From Octopus sinensis (Eukaryota), in NCBI RefSeq assembly GCF_006345805.1, contig NC_043020.1, positions 3,720,001-3,784,000 on the forward strand: DNA of 64,000 nucleotides, in the 5' to 3' direction. Shown here piece by piece: positions 39,188 to 52,631 of the stretch. Within the stretch, counting starts at the first letter, position 1. Every line of letters begins with the position of its first letter. A model generated the notes under the pieces. That model was not told the origin of the DNA and made no database searches. It was given only the letters and a program-made list of their open reading frames with translations. Position numbers and translations under genes: made by a program.

Positions 39188-39564
39188 CACTACCGTCAGA
39201 AATTAATTAGCACCCTTGATTTGCTCTTCACTCAAGGTATGTGCTGTCACCTAGTGGCCATATCTCGAACTATTGCTTTGTTGCGAGTTCACTGTTGCGC
39301 AGAACGATGACGTAACTTTGTTTGCAGAGCAGTTTGAGAGTCTACAGCCTTATGATGTTGACATAGCAGTGCAACAAATTGGAGTGCAGATGCAGACAAA
39401 TCTTCCTTTGGTTAATAGATATAGGTAGCGCCTCGCAAGGACCGAAATCACACCATACTAAGTTTTCTCATCGCGTAAGACGTTTTGAACAGCTCATAGG
39501 TTAATTGATTTAACCTATTTAATGTAGAAATTTGAGAAGTGCTAATTAATTTCTGACGCAAGTG
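39188..39564. mobile_element. Tc1/mariner-type MITE, 377 bp
   Basis: 26-bp TIRs (CACTACCGTCAGAAATTAATTAGCAC, 2 mismatches), flanked by TA on both sides. Confidence 0.88.
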
Positions 39565-40299
39565 TACATAGGCACACACGCATATCAACATCTGAATACA
39601 AATGTTTATAATCAGTTATGTACACATCCATGTATTTACCGATGTACAATTGTTAGCCTCAAATACAAGTTACAATACGTCGACACGCAAGCATTACTAA
39701 ACTACAAAAGCGTGAAAATGTACAGTAAATTATTGTACAATGGTGAAATGTGTATAAAATATATATATATAACACAAACAAAAAAGTTAATAATGAAAAA
39801 ATAATGTAAAACAAAAATTTTAAAGATTAAAGGACCATAGAAATCTTCAGCATTTGTGCATAATTACAGACTGACAGAAATGCAGGAATATAAAAATGTA
39901 AACATGACAACTTGCAAAGTAACAGAAATGTGAAAATCACAAAGTTGTGTGGCTCTGAAACTGTGAAATTCAGAGATTGTAAAGTATTGATATATATAAA
40001 TCATGGGCTACAGAAACTGAAATAGAAATTCCAAGAAGTTGCAAGTATACAGACTTATAAACTTACAAATGAGAACTTCATTTCATGCAAAATGTGCAAC
40101 AGATTAACAAATTTCGAAAGTGTTAGTGGTACAAAGTGGTACAAACAGTGGAGCAAAAATAATAAGCATTCAGGCATGAAAATATTACAATCTATGATTA
40201 TATATGTGTATGGGGTTGGCTATTAACTTTTCAGGGGACAGTTGCACACAAAGCATTTGAAGAAAGGTTGTGTGATAAGATCGTAATGGCCTAAGTGTT

Positions 40300-41905
40300 G
40301 TGGGATTTTGAAACTGGGCATTAGGGGTCACTTGGTTTGCTGTTTGGTGCCAATTGTTGTTTTTAGGTCTTTTATTAGATATTTGTGTTTGTACATGCAG
40401 GAAGAGATTAGTTTATATTTTTCAGCTCTGAGCTGGAGCATTTTTGCCAATTTCTCTGCTCTGTACGAGATGTATGTTCCATTTTGCACAGCCTATAATT
40501 TCCCCAGTTGTTCCTTTTAATTCCCATAAATGTCTGGACAAACTGGAGCTGTCTACACTTTTACTCATACTTTTCAATGAATGGCTGTGTTGAACCTGGG
40601 TTTCAAGTATCATGTCTGAGATCATTATCATTAGTGGCATCTGCATGGCACCTGTCTGAATTTTGAAGATAATAGAGCGTTGAGTAGACAGTTTATGAAG
40701 TTGGTACAATTACAGGTTGAGAGCAGCTTTGTATTGTCACATAAATTCTTGGCATCTTTATAACAGTTGTTTGGCAATACAGTTGTAACTACGAAGTTTA
40801 ATGTTATTTTTCTGAACAGTTTGAGTAGTTTTCGAGGAGGTATTTTCTACATCAGAGCCAAAAAATAGAAAGAAATGGCAAGGCTTTGAATCATAGAATT
40901 TTGAATTTGCATTACTAACAAGAATTTTGGTTCCCGTGTTTTGGATTTTATAAATAAATGTGCTGCTGTTAACATCAGAGCATCATTATGATACTGAGAC
41001 AATCTGCTGAAAGCTCCTTCATCTAAGGATCTGCTAGAAAAGTATTGATTTGCATTCGAATGAGGTTTTCGGTAGTTGTCAGCTATGATTCGAAGTTCTC
41101 CTGAAGTGTCATCTAATTGGATACCATGCACTCATCATCATGACATAGATCAGGATACATGTTATTGAATTTTGCATGTAGCACATGTAATATATGGAAG
41201 CCTGTAATTTCACAAATCTCAGCCAAGACATTAAACGATGTGGAGATGTCTTTTCTCTCCACTTTGTCAAAGGAAAGCAAAGATTATTGCAATGTTTTTG
41301 TTTCCTGATCTGTAACTGTGGGGTGCTTTTGGCTGCTTTCAAGTTCAGTGAATGAATAGAACTCAACTATGTCAGCTCAAGTAAACTTTTTATATGTGTT
41401 TGTTGTGTATTTTGTTGAATGAGTTCATTACAGCTTTAGTGTTATTCCAAAGAGTAAGCGAGATGTCTTTTATGATTCCATCTGGAATGGTTTTACTTTG
41501 CTTCTTTCAGTTTTAGAGGCGTTCATTGATCTGAAAGGCATTGTGCAGAAAGTTTGGTCTGTAATCCAAAAGCATTATGTCCACTACACAAAAGGCGTCT
41601 CATATAAACACTTAAGAACCACAACAGTTTCTATGCCTGATGTCATTGCTGGTTTCTTTTGGCTCATTGTTTATAGAGATCAACAAGGTTGATTTTTTGA
41701 ATGTGTTCACAATGCTTGAGAGGAGCCTCTTGAACATAAATCCATGTTATATCAGTTGTTAGTTTGTCAGGTGCTTTAGAAATGTCTTTGAGCTTTTGAA
41801 TGACAGTTACTCTTGGGATGCATTAGCATAAGATTTAAAAGTTACTCATCTTATGAGGTTGAAGAAATCCTGCTCAAATTGGATAGAATATGGATGATTT
41901 GAAGC
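40300..41905 (-). mobile_element. degenerate Penelope-like element (RT plus GIY-YIG region)
   Basis: Frameshifted minus-strand motifs: LWNNTKAVMNSFNKIHNKH (PLE RT start), TCNCTNFINC (Cys linker), SLSRHLWELK (GIY-YIG region). Confidence 0.65.
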
Positions 41906-44452
41906 TGATCTTTAATATATATATATATATATATTAACGGGAAACCACTATGTGGACACCTTTATGCTAGAAATAGATCCGCTATGGTCTTACCACTAAG
42001 AAATGTTCTCAAGAAAAATTTAGCAAAACAACCAAAACTTAATCAAGTAAGACAAAAGAAAAAGCAATAAAAATATGGATTATTCGCATACGTTTCACTA
42101 TTAACATATTACGTAATTTTACTTAAATCAATGTTAATTAAATTAATATATAATTTCTCACCCTCATTTTAAATTTAAATATATATATATATTATATATA
42201 TATATAAAGATCAGTTCAAGCATATGACAGACTTTTGTATAATCTTTCTTTGCAAGATATTGGTCAATCTGAATGCAGAGTCGAAGACTAAGGAACCACC
42301 TCAAAATATAATTTTCTTTCAAACGTTTTGTTCTGATTAAAATTATACATTAAACATAGCTGTACCTGTTTCACATTCATTTTTCTATGGTGCAGGGGTA
42401 GAAGTTATTTTTGTAAATCTTATCTATCTGTATATATTATTAGGAGAGCTGTCTTTCTTAGTGTCTAAGTAGTGTCAATGTGACCAAACTACTCGGACAC
42501 AACAGTGCCTTGGTCTACTTTTGCCAGTGTCTTCTTACATGTTGGTAGGGGTCATCAGAAGGATGTTTGTTTGCTACTTTTTGCAGATCAAGCAACTGCA
42601 TAGAAAATACCTTGGAACAATTGTTTCTAGAGTTGGAAGTCTTCTGCTTCACATATTTTTATTCAAACTGTGAGACTAAACAAATAAGGTAGATTGATGC
42701 TTGAAAGGAGAGTAATCAGAAAGATCTTCGGATAAGACCATTGCCAAAATAAGATCAGAACTCCTCTGAATATGACATCAAACTTTACAGACAGAGAATA
42801 TCTTTTACTAGTAAAACTGCTGTAGGGATCAGTTGTGTTCTGTGTCCATATGACTTCACCTCTCATCCTTCAGGCAGGAGTTGGTGGTGAGAGTGATGGA
42901 TAAAATACATGTAAATCAAAAACGTTTTATTAGAGTATCAAACAGGATGCCTTGCAGTATTTATTTCAGGAGACTGCACTCTGAGTTCAAATCACACTGC
43001 AGTCAATTATGCTTTTCATTCTATTAGGGTTGAGAATGCATCACCTGTGGTGGTAGATGAGTAGAAATGTGAGGTTGTTGGACAAGAGACTTTTACTGTG
43101 GTGGATGTGGATCTTTGCATTCTCAGTTTAAATTCCATCTAGAAATTAAAATACTACCAATGGTTATGTCATCACCCTTCATACACTGAGCAGTGTCAAG
43201 GTGGACCATGACAGATGGTGGCACCAGTATCTCTCTGAAATAAGACAGGCCTCCTTTGCATATCAACAATACAGTTGTGCCCTGGACAGAGGGACCTGAA
43301 AACCAAACAGTGTAGAAATGAGGATTGAACTTGTGACTTTCTCCACACTAAATAAACTTTCTATCAAGTGAATGGTCCTGAAAATCCTTGGAAACATCTT
43401 CAACAGGGAAACATTACTGCCAATGATTTCATACAACAAAATGTGAAGTGTTGTGCTTATGTTAGAAAGTATTATTGTTATTATTAATAGTAGTAGTAGT
43501 AGCAGCAGTAGTATCAAAGCAATAATAGAATTAGTAGTGTCAAGGCTTAATGCCTTAAAAGATATAGTTACATATCTTTTTGGTTTGAGTTGAATTTCCA
43601 TCAGGGCGAAGAATAATTATAAAAGTAACCACAAAAAAACAAAAAAGTGTAAAGAGTGCTTTAACTGTTTAGTTTCAGCTGGTATTTAAGTAGATTTAAA
43701 GTAAGTTGCTATCGAAATTCAAACACTTGTGTCAAATTAAACTCAGAGAAATACAGAACTGGCGGCCACAGAGCTGCAGAACTCTTATGTATGCCTGATT
43801 TTCTTTGCTGAAATGAAGCAAAGGTTTGGCCTAATAATATGAAGATCAGCAAGCAACCTTCCAGCTGCAGATAACTCCAGGGTCCCAACAAACCCACAAG
43901 ATATTCTCAAAGGTTCAAAGGAACATTTTCCCCTATTTGCTTATTGCTGAATCAGAATTCAAGAAAAGCAGAGGATTTCTTGAGAAATTTCCCAAATCAT
44001 TCCAAACAGTTTGAAATTGCCATAAATAGAATGAAACCATGAAGAGTTTCAAGACCAGATACAACCCTTTTGAATTACTGAAACGTGGAGTTTCCACTCT
44101 GATTCTGAAAATATGAGGAGAGCACTGCAGAGCAGAATGAGACTTGCTAACTGTGAAGACAGCAATCTCCTTCAACTTCTGAATCATCCCTTGTTGGTTA
44201 AGAACCCCTCACATTAACTGAACTACATGACACGAAACTGATTCAGATCATCTCACAGACCAATAATGAGTAAGGTGAGCAGGAGATAATTAAGCTGGTA
44301 TTTGCACATAATTTAACAAAAAGACTCTTAGACAACATTATGATGTAAAAGTAATTTCATAAAGATAAATCTGGTGAAGAATAGGTTCAGCAACAAAGGT
44401 GTAGGGTCAGTTGTGATGACAAAAACAACCCTCAGCTAATGAGTGTACGGAG

Positions 44453-44570
44453 AGTACTAGAAGGAAAGTTCTGGATACTTTAACTAGTTAACTACCAGAT
44501 CTGTACCAAATTTAGTAGGAGCACATACACACACATTCCTGCTTTTTGTCCAAGAGAAGAAGACTGAGAG
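44453..44570 (+). repeat. about 118-bp direct repeat, copy 1 (copy 2 at 47227-47349)
   Basis: agtactagaaggaaag..ctaccagatctgtaccaaatttagtag..cattcctgctttttgtccaagagaagaagactgagag, with a few mismatches. Confidence 0.85.
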
Positions 44571-47500
44571 TCTATTAAATGCATTAACAAGTCGGACCCA
44601 ATGGACCGATGATGGTTGCCACCACTTGATACATGACCAGCTGATGGTAAATACATTTAATCAGCAGATTCAAAGCTAACAATGGTCCCCCTTCTCTTTA
44701 AACCAGAAGTTTTCAACCGAGGACCAGATAAGATTTTGCTGTTAAAATTACAGACCAGCAAATTGGTTTACAACACAGAAAATATTTTTACAATTTTTTT
44801 AAATACAATTCCTAATAATATTTAATTATCATTTTTTAAACATTGAATGGCTATGGGGAGGGGGGGTCCATCTAAGTAAAATAGAAATCAGAGGGGTCCA
44901 TAGATAAAATATGGTTTAAACTGGCCTTGTCCAGCCCAAATATTCTACCTGTTTTACCCTGAAATGTCATTCTAAGAATATACAATCATATTATCAACAT
45001 CCTGAAGCTACAAGATAATATACGATTATTCAAAACAATGAGAACAAATAAGCTTTATATTTAGACAAGATAATCTGAATGCTAAAGGGTTAATCCCTTC
45101 ATCTTTTATGTAGTTGGAGTGGAGTTAATCCTGAAAAACTTTCCAAATCAAAGAAACATATTTTTATGCTGATTCCTGACACTAACACAAATAAGCAGAG
45201 AGAGAGACTGAACCAGGCCAGGGATAAGTCTATCTACAATTCATAATTTTAATGTCTCTCCCCCCTTTTTTTTTGTCAATTATTTTGATTTTCTTTGTTT
45301 TTTGGAAGAATGGAGAAATCACACAAAGAATGAAAGAAAAAAGGTGGAAAGATTTGATTCAAACAGAAAATAATAATCAAGTAATTGACATTCATTATCG
45401 TCTTTTATTGTCTTCACATAAGATTTCAATATTAACATTTATCAATTCATTATTTTTCTCAACTCCCCAACTGTTTTATGGTTTAATTCCGAGTGATATT
45501 ATTGCTTAACATCATTGTGTCCTTACAAGTTGTACATTTTGTAAAATATGTACAAATGTGTCAGTTTATTGAACGTCTGTAAATGGAGAAAGATGGTAGA
45601 AGTGATAAAGAAGAGGATTCAGCTATACCAGTAAGAAGTCAGCTTTCTAAAAGGAATGACTCTTCAGGATTCCTTTGTTGGTGTTTTTGCTTAGTCCCAA
45701 GTCAGATCTAATCAAGCAGACCAATTATCACAGTCATTCCAGCCATGACCAACCTATTTTAAAGCATAGTGAATCCCAAACTATATTAACATGAGAGTCT
45801 TTTTTTTTAAGACAGTAGGATGTGATTTGAGCAATTTTTGGCTGCTATTTCTAGCAGAACAAGGCAACAGTATACATTCTTGTAGTCCCTGGCTAATGTG
45901 TCCTGTCCTGTTCATATATAACAAGTAAGGTGTGATTGGAGGGAAACTTAGGAGCTGTTTCTAGCAAATTAAGAGATTAGCTGTACTGGGAGAGAAGACA
46001 AAAAATGTCGTTCAGGGGTCAGTAAATGCCAAATGGTTTTTAGACAGGAGTTGGAAATTCAGTGTTTTATTTGGAGAGTAATGTCTGTTAGGATTGTCAT
46101 TAGAAATGGTAGGCTGCTTCTCCAAGACAAGCAGGTTCCTTTGGCAGTTTAGCAATTCTTTGAGAAAAATAAAAATTTGCTTCTTACTATTAACTGTAAT
46201 AACTGCTAATAGGGGCCATAAACCAAAGGTTTCTGCATACTTTTATCCAACAATCCTGACTGTTGAAAACATGCGTCAGTAATGATACACAGAAAACATG
46301 TAGGAATCGGCTTTTGATTAGAGATATTAAAAAAATAAAAATATATAAAAGCCATGTAGCAATGTGGTTAAGAGGTTTGTTTTGCAGCCACATGGTTCTG
46401 GGTCTGATTGCATTATGTGGCACTTTGGGCAAATGTCTTTTAATACAGCTTCAGGCTGATCAAATGCTCTGTGGGAGTGATCTCTCTCTCACCAAAAATG
46501 TCTGTGTCAGTGTTTATCAACGATTTCTTGATGTCTTTAGCGATTTGGCAAAAAGACATTGATACAATAAGTAGCAGACTGAACCATGTACTAGGATCAA
46601 CAAGAACTTTTGAAGGGCAGTGCTCCAGCTTGGTTGTCTCTAAAAAATTAGAATTATCACAACTATTGCTTTTTGAAGATCAACTAAGAAAAGGGGATGA
46701 ACAGAGCTTAACAGAACACAGAAGGCCAGATCAGGTCTTTGCGGAGAAGTGTGAAGATTATGGAACTAGATGTAAAATGATGGAGGTGAGAGGGAGCTGC
46801 CACAAAGTCAGAGGCATAGGAAACTGTCTCCTAAGTTAGAGGCAACAAGGAACTGTCCATTATATCAGGAGGGATAGGGAGCTGTCCACTATGTTCAAAA
46901 GGTGATAGGTAACTGACCACTAAATCACAGGGATGACTAAAACTGACCCTCTAAATTAGTGGCTTAAAAGTAATTGAGGCCAATGATAGCTCCAAAAGCT
47001 CTCTGACCATTTGGGTCAGTGTTTCTGGGACCACTCTGCTGAAATGTTAGAGAAAATGAAATCGCATCGGGAAGACTTGAGAAAAGATGCTGAAGCAGTC
47101 AGCATTGATATGTAGAAATGGTTGCGTATCCCACAACAAGGAGATCCATATTGGAAAAGGAAGAGGAAAACTTTCTGTTTGCATCATGTAGACCTTAAAA
47201 ACATTAATGACCAGGTCTATATGGAAAGTACTAGAAGGAAAGATCTGGATAATTTAACTAGTAAACTACCAGATCTGTACCAAATTTAGTAGAAGCACAC
47301 GCACACACACACATTCCTGCTTTTTTGTCCAAGAGAAGAAGACTGAGAGAAGAGTTATCTCTGCCTAAGAATTAGTTGTATGACATGGAGGCAGCAGTTG
47401 TTTAACCCTAGGTCAGCCTTGATGAGCAGACCTGTGATTAAAAGCTTTTGCACTCAGGATAACTATCTTATCTTTGTGTATCTAAGACTACACTGCTCAA

Positions 47501-48439
47501 TGAGGTCTTTCTTACTTTCTGAAATGCAGAGGGTGATTTGGCAACTATTTCTAGCAAGTTGCTCAACCACACAAAATCTCTATTATTTGGTAATAGAAAA
47601 AAAGTCCAAGTGGTGTCATTGAAGACATCTGAGTGGATGATGTACGCATAAGTACCAACTGAACACTGGGGTTGGTGTAATCGATTTAACCCTCCGCCAA
47701 AATTTGAAATCATTATTATTATTACTATTGCCTGTTGTTTTTACATATTTTGACCTGAAGTTTATAGGGGACGATGGGAATGTTTTTAACAAGTACAGAG
47801 GTGATCTGGGAAGTGTGACAGTTCTCTAATTGCCCCTAATTGGATGCCCTGCACTTAATCAGATGTTCTATGTCATTTCTCCATATACCTTTTTTCTCAT
47901 ATTTGCTTCTCCATTTTTGCAAATCTGTCCTTGTAATGTCCACTCTTACAGCACTCTTGAGGCAAAAATAAACAGGTCATCATCATCATCATCATCATTG
48001 TTATTAATTATATGACATTGTTGTAGTTTTTAGGGGAGGCAGTTAGTCAATATCACCAACCCCACTAAATTGACTGGTACTTTATTTTATTGATCCTGGA
48101 GAGATGAAAGGCAATGTTGATCCTGGTGAGTTTGAACTGTGAGACCTGAGTTCAAATCTCACCAGAGTCGACTTTATTTATCGTCTCTTTATGTCACTAA
48201 AAAGAAAAAAAATCAATCAAATACTAAGTTTAGTGGTACGATTACTTTCCCTACCCTCAAAATTAGTGGCTTTGTGTCTCAATCAGAAACCATTATTAAT
48301 ATTATTAATTAATGAAGATTGACATAATTCTTCATGAAGCTAAATACACAATAAGAAGAGCAATTTTTGATTTATAATAAATAAAAATTGACTGTTTATT
48401 GCATTTCTTTTTAGGTGAAACGATGTCATCAATCTTCCC

Positions 48440-49330
48440 TTTTTCATAACTGGTATCAAGGGAGAACAGGATAGGAGAAAAGAGAACACATTTATCTTTA
48501 CTGCCACTCATCATCCACATCGTAGAATTAAGTGAAATCCAAAGTCCCAGTTGTTGAAAATACAATTTACGGACATAGGGAATTATGGGAAACATGCAAA
48601 TGCTTTTGTGTACCATTGTGTCAAATGCAATTTCAGTGAATCATGATTTAAGGAAATCACAAATCACATAAACTAAAATTAGCCAAAAAATGGTCAAACT
48701 TTCTTGCCTAATTTTAGCAGTCAAAGACAACAAAACTTCTTTTGGGATTGATTAACTGGCACTGAAATTTCGTTGGTATTTCAAAAGTGTTGCATGAAAG
48801 TTTCAGAAAAATGTCCTCATTTCAAACAAATATTTTCTTATTCACCTATTGTAGGCTTTAGATGTAATAAAAATATTAGAGAACTATTAACCAGTTCCTT
48901 AAATCCCATTAAAAACCCCAAAGGAGTTTCAGAACAGTCTACACCGAAAAACAGCTGCAAGAAAGGTAAGCTATGTTCATTGTGTAACAACATGAATCCA
49001 GTCTATTCTGTCACAAATTATATCAGAAATTTTATGATTTACACAGAAAGGTGTGACCTGCAAGGACTGCCATTTGGTGCACACTGCAAAATATGTAAAA
49101 CACAACTTGATTTTAATGACTTGTAGGTATACGGTATTTTGTTATGCAACCATGCGTTGCAAACTTGATTTATGTTGGTTGCACGATAGAAAAATTAAAG
49201 AAGAGATTCAATGAGCAAAGGTATGATGACAGGAAGAATAACGGTAGAATGGAACTTGCCAGTCATTTTACATCAAAATGGCTGTAAATTGAGGAAAACC
49301 TGAAAGTAGACATTTCCAAAAAACATTTCA
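48440..49330 (+). mobile_element. degenerate Penelope-like element, linker plus GIY-YIG endonuclease
   Basis: KENTFIFTATHHPH; FKQIFSYSPIVGFRCNKNIRELL; CKKGKLCSLC; LIYVGCTIEKLKKRFNEQR...LASHF. Confidence 0.75.
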
Positions 49331-49359
49331 CTCCATTGCACTTTCAGTCCTCAAAACAC

Positions 49360-49630
49360 ATCATCATCATCGTTTAACGTCCGCTTTCCATGATAGCATG
49401 GGTTGGACGATTTTGACTGAGGGCTGGTGAACCAGATGGCCGCACCAGGCTCCAATCTTGATCTGGCAGAGTTTCTACAGCTGCATGCCCTTCCTGACAC
49501 CAACCACACCGAGAGTGTAGTGGGTGCTTTTTACGTGCCACGGCACGGGGGCTAGTCAGGTGGTACTGGGAATAACCTCACTCGAATCTTTTTACACATG
49601 CCACCGGCACAGGTGCCAGTAAGGCGACAT
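49360..49630 (-). mobile_element. repeat family C (RTE 3'-UTR-like, ending in (GAT)n)
   Basis: The same sequence occurs at 2020-2340, 16540-16860, 22070-22420, 36820-37080 and 59600-59810. It is contiguous with the RTE ORF end at 54450-54830. Confidence 0.75.
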
Positions 49631-49954
49631 GAGGATAAATTTGTGATTCCCTAACATCACACCCTGCAGGAATGAACAAAATGGGAGGCAAATTCCATCC
49701 CATTTACACAAAACTTTTTGACAAAGTGTTCTCTTTCTTGCTTTCTATTTTCTTTTTTTCCTTGTTACTATTTATGAAAAGGTGAAAATTGATGCTGTTT
49801 TGTCTAAATAGTCCAGTTCAAATTTTAAATTTCCATTTTCCAGTATATTTTTTTTGGTTCCAAGGAAGACAGACAAACCATTGAAATATTGTTCAATTCA
49901 ATAAACAGACTAAATGTTCGTTTATTACAAATCACATTGCTTTCTTCTTATAGT

Positions 49955-50045
49955 ATGATTATTATCATCATTATTATTATTATTATCATCATTATTATTA
50001 TTATTATCATCATTATTATCATTATCATTATTATTATTATTATTT
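49955..50045. repeat. (ATT/ATC)n microsatellite
   Basis: Direct reading. Confidence 0.9.
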
Positions 50046-50650
50046 ATATTAATGTTGCTGTTGTAATAATATTTAGTATTATTATTTTTGTTTACAACTA
50101 AATTAGATTTATATCATAAAATAACTGAACAAAATGTTAATTAACATAATTACTTTTATAAACTAATGCCAAACTAAATGGAGAAAAACAAGTACATTTC
50201 ACATGTGTGTGTGTATGTGTGTGTATATGTCAGTGTGTATGTGTGTTTATATGTTTTTTACATATAAATGCAGGTGTATGTATGAAGGTGTGATATAAAT
50301 TAATTTAGAAACTAAAATTCAATACTTGCAGTTCATGATTCTACACACACACACGCACGCATGCACGTACACACACACACGCACGCACGTACACGCACAC
50401 ACACACACTGAGATAAATGAAACCTTTGTGCTTTGAATTCTTTCACCTTAATTTCAAGGTATGTTTCCAACGCTTGTTTATGAAACCCTTCTTTCTTTCT
50501 TACTTGATTCATCATCATCATCATCATCATCGTCATCATCCTTACTAGTTTTAAAAGTTTCAAACCATTTTTCACACATTCTAGGATAGATAGAATGTAA
50601 TTTAAAAATAAAATTCATGACGCCATTTCAGTTTTTTTTCTATAAATCCA

Positions 50651-50698
<48 letters not shown>

Positions 50699-51845
50699 TA
50701 CACATACATTTGCAGCAAATTTTAGTTCAAATAATTTTTTGAATTCAAAAAAGTTTTTTTGTTTATATTATTATTACTATAATGTTTTTTTGTTTTAAAT
50801 ACACCTGGCTGCTGCCTGCCGTTTCTTTGGACTGACACATTTCTCAACTCACCATGGAAGAGAAGTAAAGAAGGAGTGCAGAAAGAGTTTGTCAGTCCAG
50901 GAAACACAAAGAGGCAAACAGGTGCTACATCATGTCCCCTTATACTCTCACCTACCTCCCCGATTGGGTAAATTAAAGAGGCAGGTGGTGGCCATACTGG
51001 AGCACAAGGGGTAGTGGGTAGATTTCAATTGAATCATCACCTCACAGCCATAAATGTTTGTTGTTATCCTTGCATTTTATTTTTAAAAAAAACCCCAAAA
51101 AACCCAGCAAAATAAGACAAAAGTCACACAAAAATCAAAAGAGAAACCAGTTAACTTCTAACGCTAATGCTACTTCCACATGTTATTATTTTCGGTTTAA
51201 TTTCAAAAATACTTTTCCTTCCAACTTTGGTTTTCTTTTTCTCTTATAATTCCAAAATATAACAATATCACCATCAGTGTTTCATGTCCATGTTTCCATA
51301 CTTGCATGAGTCAGACCAAATCTTTTCGGTAGAATTTTTATGGCTGGATGTCATCCCTGTTACCGACCCTCACCTCTTTTTCACTGAAGAGAGGAAATAA
51401 CATCACTTGTATGAAGGTGATGCTCATTTACAATTATCTACAAACATCATATACACACACACACACACGTAAGTAGCTGTCTATTCCATCTTCAGAGAGG
51501 AAAAAATGAGAGAGAACCTTAATAAAGAATTTTAATAGTGAACAGTTTCACTACTAAAACCCTTTCCTAAGGGCCTGTCTCAAATTTTTTCTCTCTGAAG
51601 ATAAGTTATCCATATAGTAGACAACTACTCTAGGGATAGCTTATCTTCATTTGCTAGGAAATGCATCATCTGTACATCTATTCTGGAAACAGCTGTAAGG
51701 GACTCTCTCCACACCTAATCTCCTTATTTCTTATGATTTACTCTCCTGTAACAACACAGTAATTATGCTTAAATATATAAATGCCACGATCTAAACTGAC
51801 ACCAGGTATTTCTTTGTTCATGTTTTCTTTCTACTGTACACACAT

Positions 51846-51879
<34 letters not shown>

Positions 51880-52110
51880 CCACATATATATATATATATA
51901 CATACATTACATATAAACACACATCAGGCTTCCAGACAGTTTCCATGTACCAAATTCTCTTACATAGCATTGGTAAGCTCAGGGCTAGAGTAGAAGAGAC
52001 TTGCCCAAGATGTCACAAAGTTGAACTGAACTGGAAACCATGTAGTCACAAAGAGAGCCTTTTAATTATACATCAATGCCTACATCTCTAAATTGAAAGG
52101 GGACACATAA

Positions 52111-52153
<43 letters not shown>

Positions 52154-52396
52154 AGTGTGTATGTAATATATACAAGCATATACACACATACATATATACA
52201 TACACATGTTGGTAAAATTGTGTTCTGAAAACGTATATTCGTCAACTAAACACCAACAAAGTCAAAGTTTCGTTTTATATATATTATATATACACACATA
52301 TATATATTCAGATGTTTCCTCACAAGTAATTTTATGTTTTTACAACAACTATCAAATGAATGTTTACATAATAACAGTTATATTTGGGCTCAAAAT

Positions 52397-52631
52397 GCAG
52401 AGGAGAAAAAGGTCAGTGAATACAGGGCCCTGGCCAGCCGTTATCAGTTTGTGCCAGTTGCTATCTAGATGTCAGGTGTTTTAGGACCCCATACTACCGA
52501 TTTCCTCCACAAGATAGGGATAATGGTGACCCATCAGAGAAAGGAGCCCCATGATGTGGCTGTTGAAATGAGTGTCCCTGGCCATTCTCCATGGCAATGT
52601 TATCACAATCATTACTGCAGGAAGTAGCTGA
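52397..52631 (+). mobile_element. CRE-clade (REL-endonuclease) non-LTR retrotransposon 3' fragment
   Basis: AEEKKVSEYRALASRYQFVPVAI*MSGVLGPHTTDFLHKIG, then a frameshift to SLAILHGNV. Confidence 0.7.

Noticed and set aside
46790-46965. CRISPR-like array
   Set aside because: Eukaryotic context, degenerate units, no unique spacers and no cas genes.
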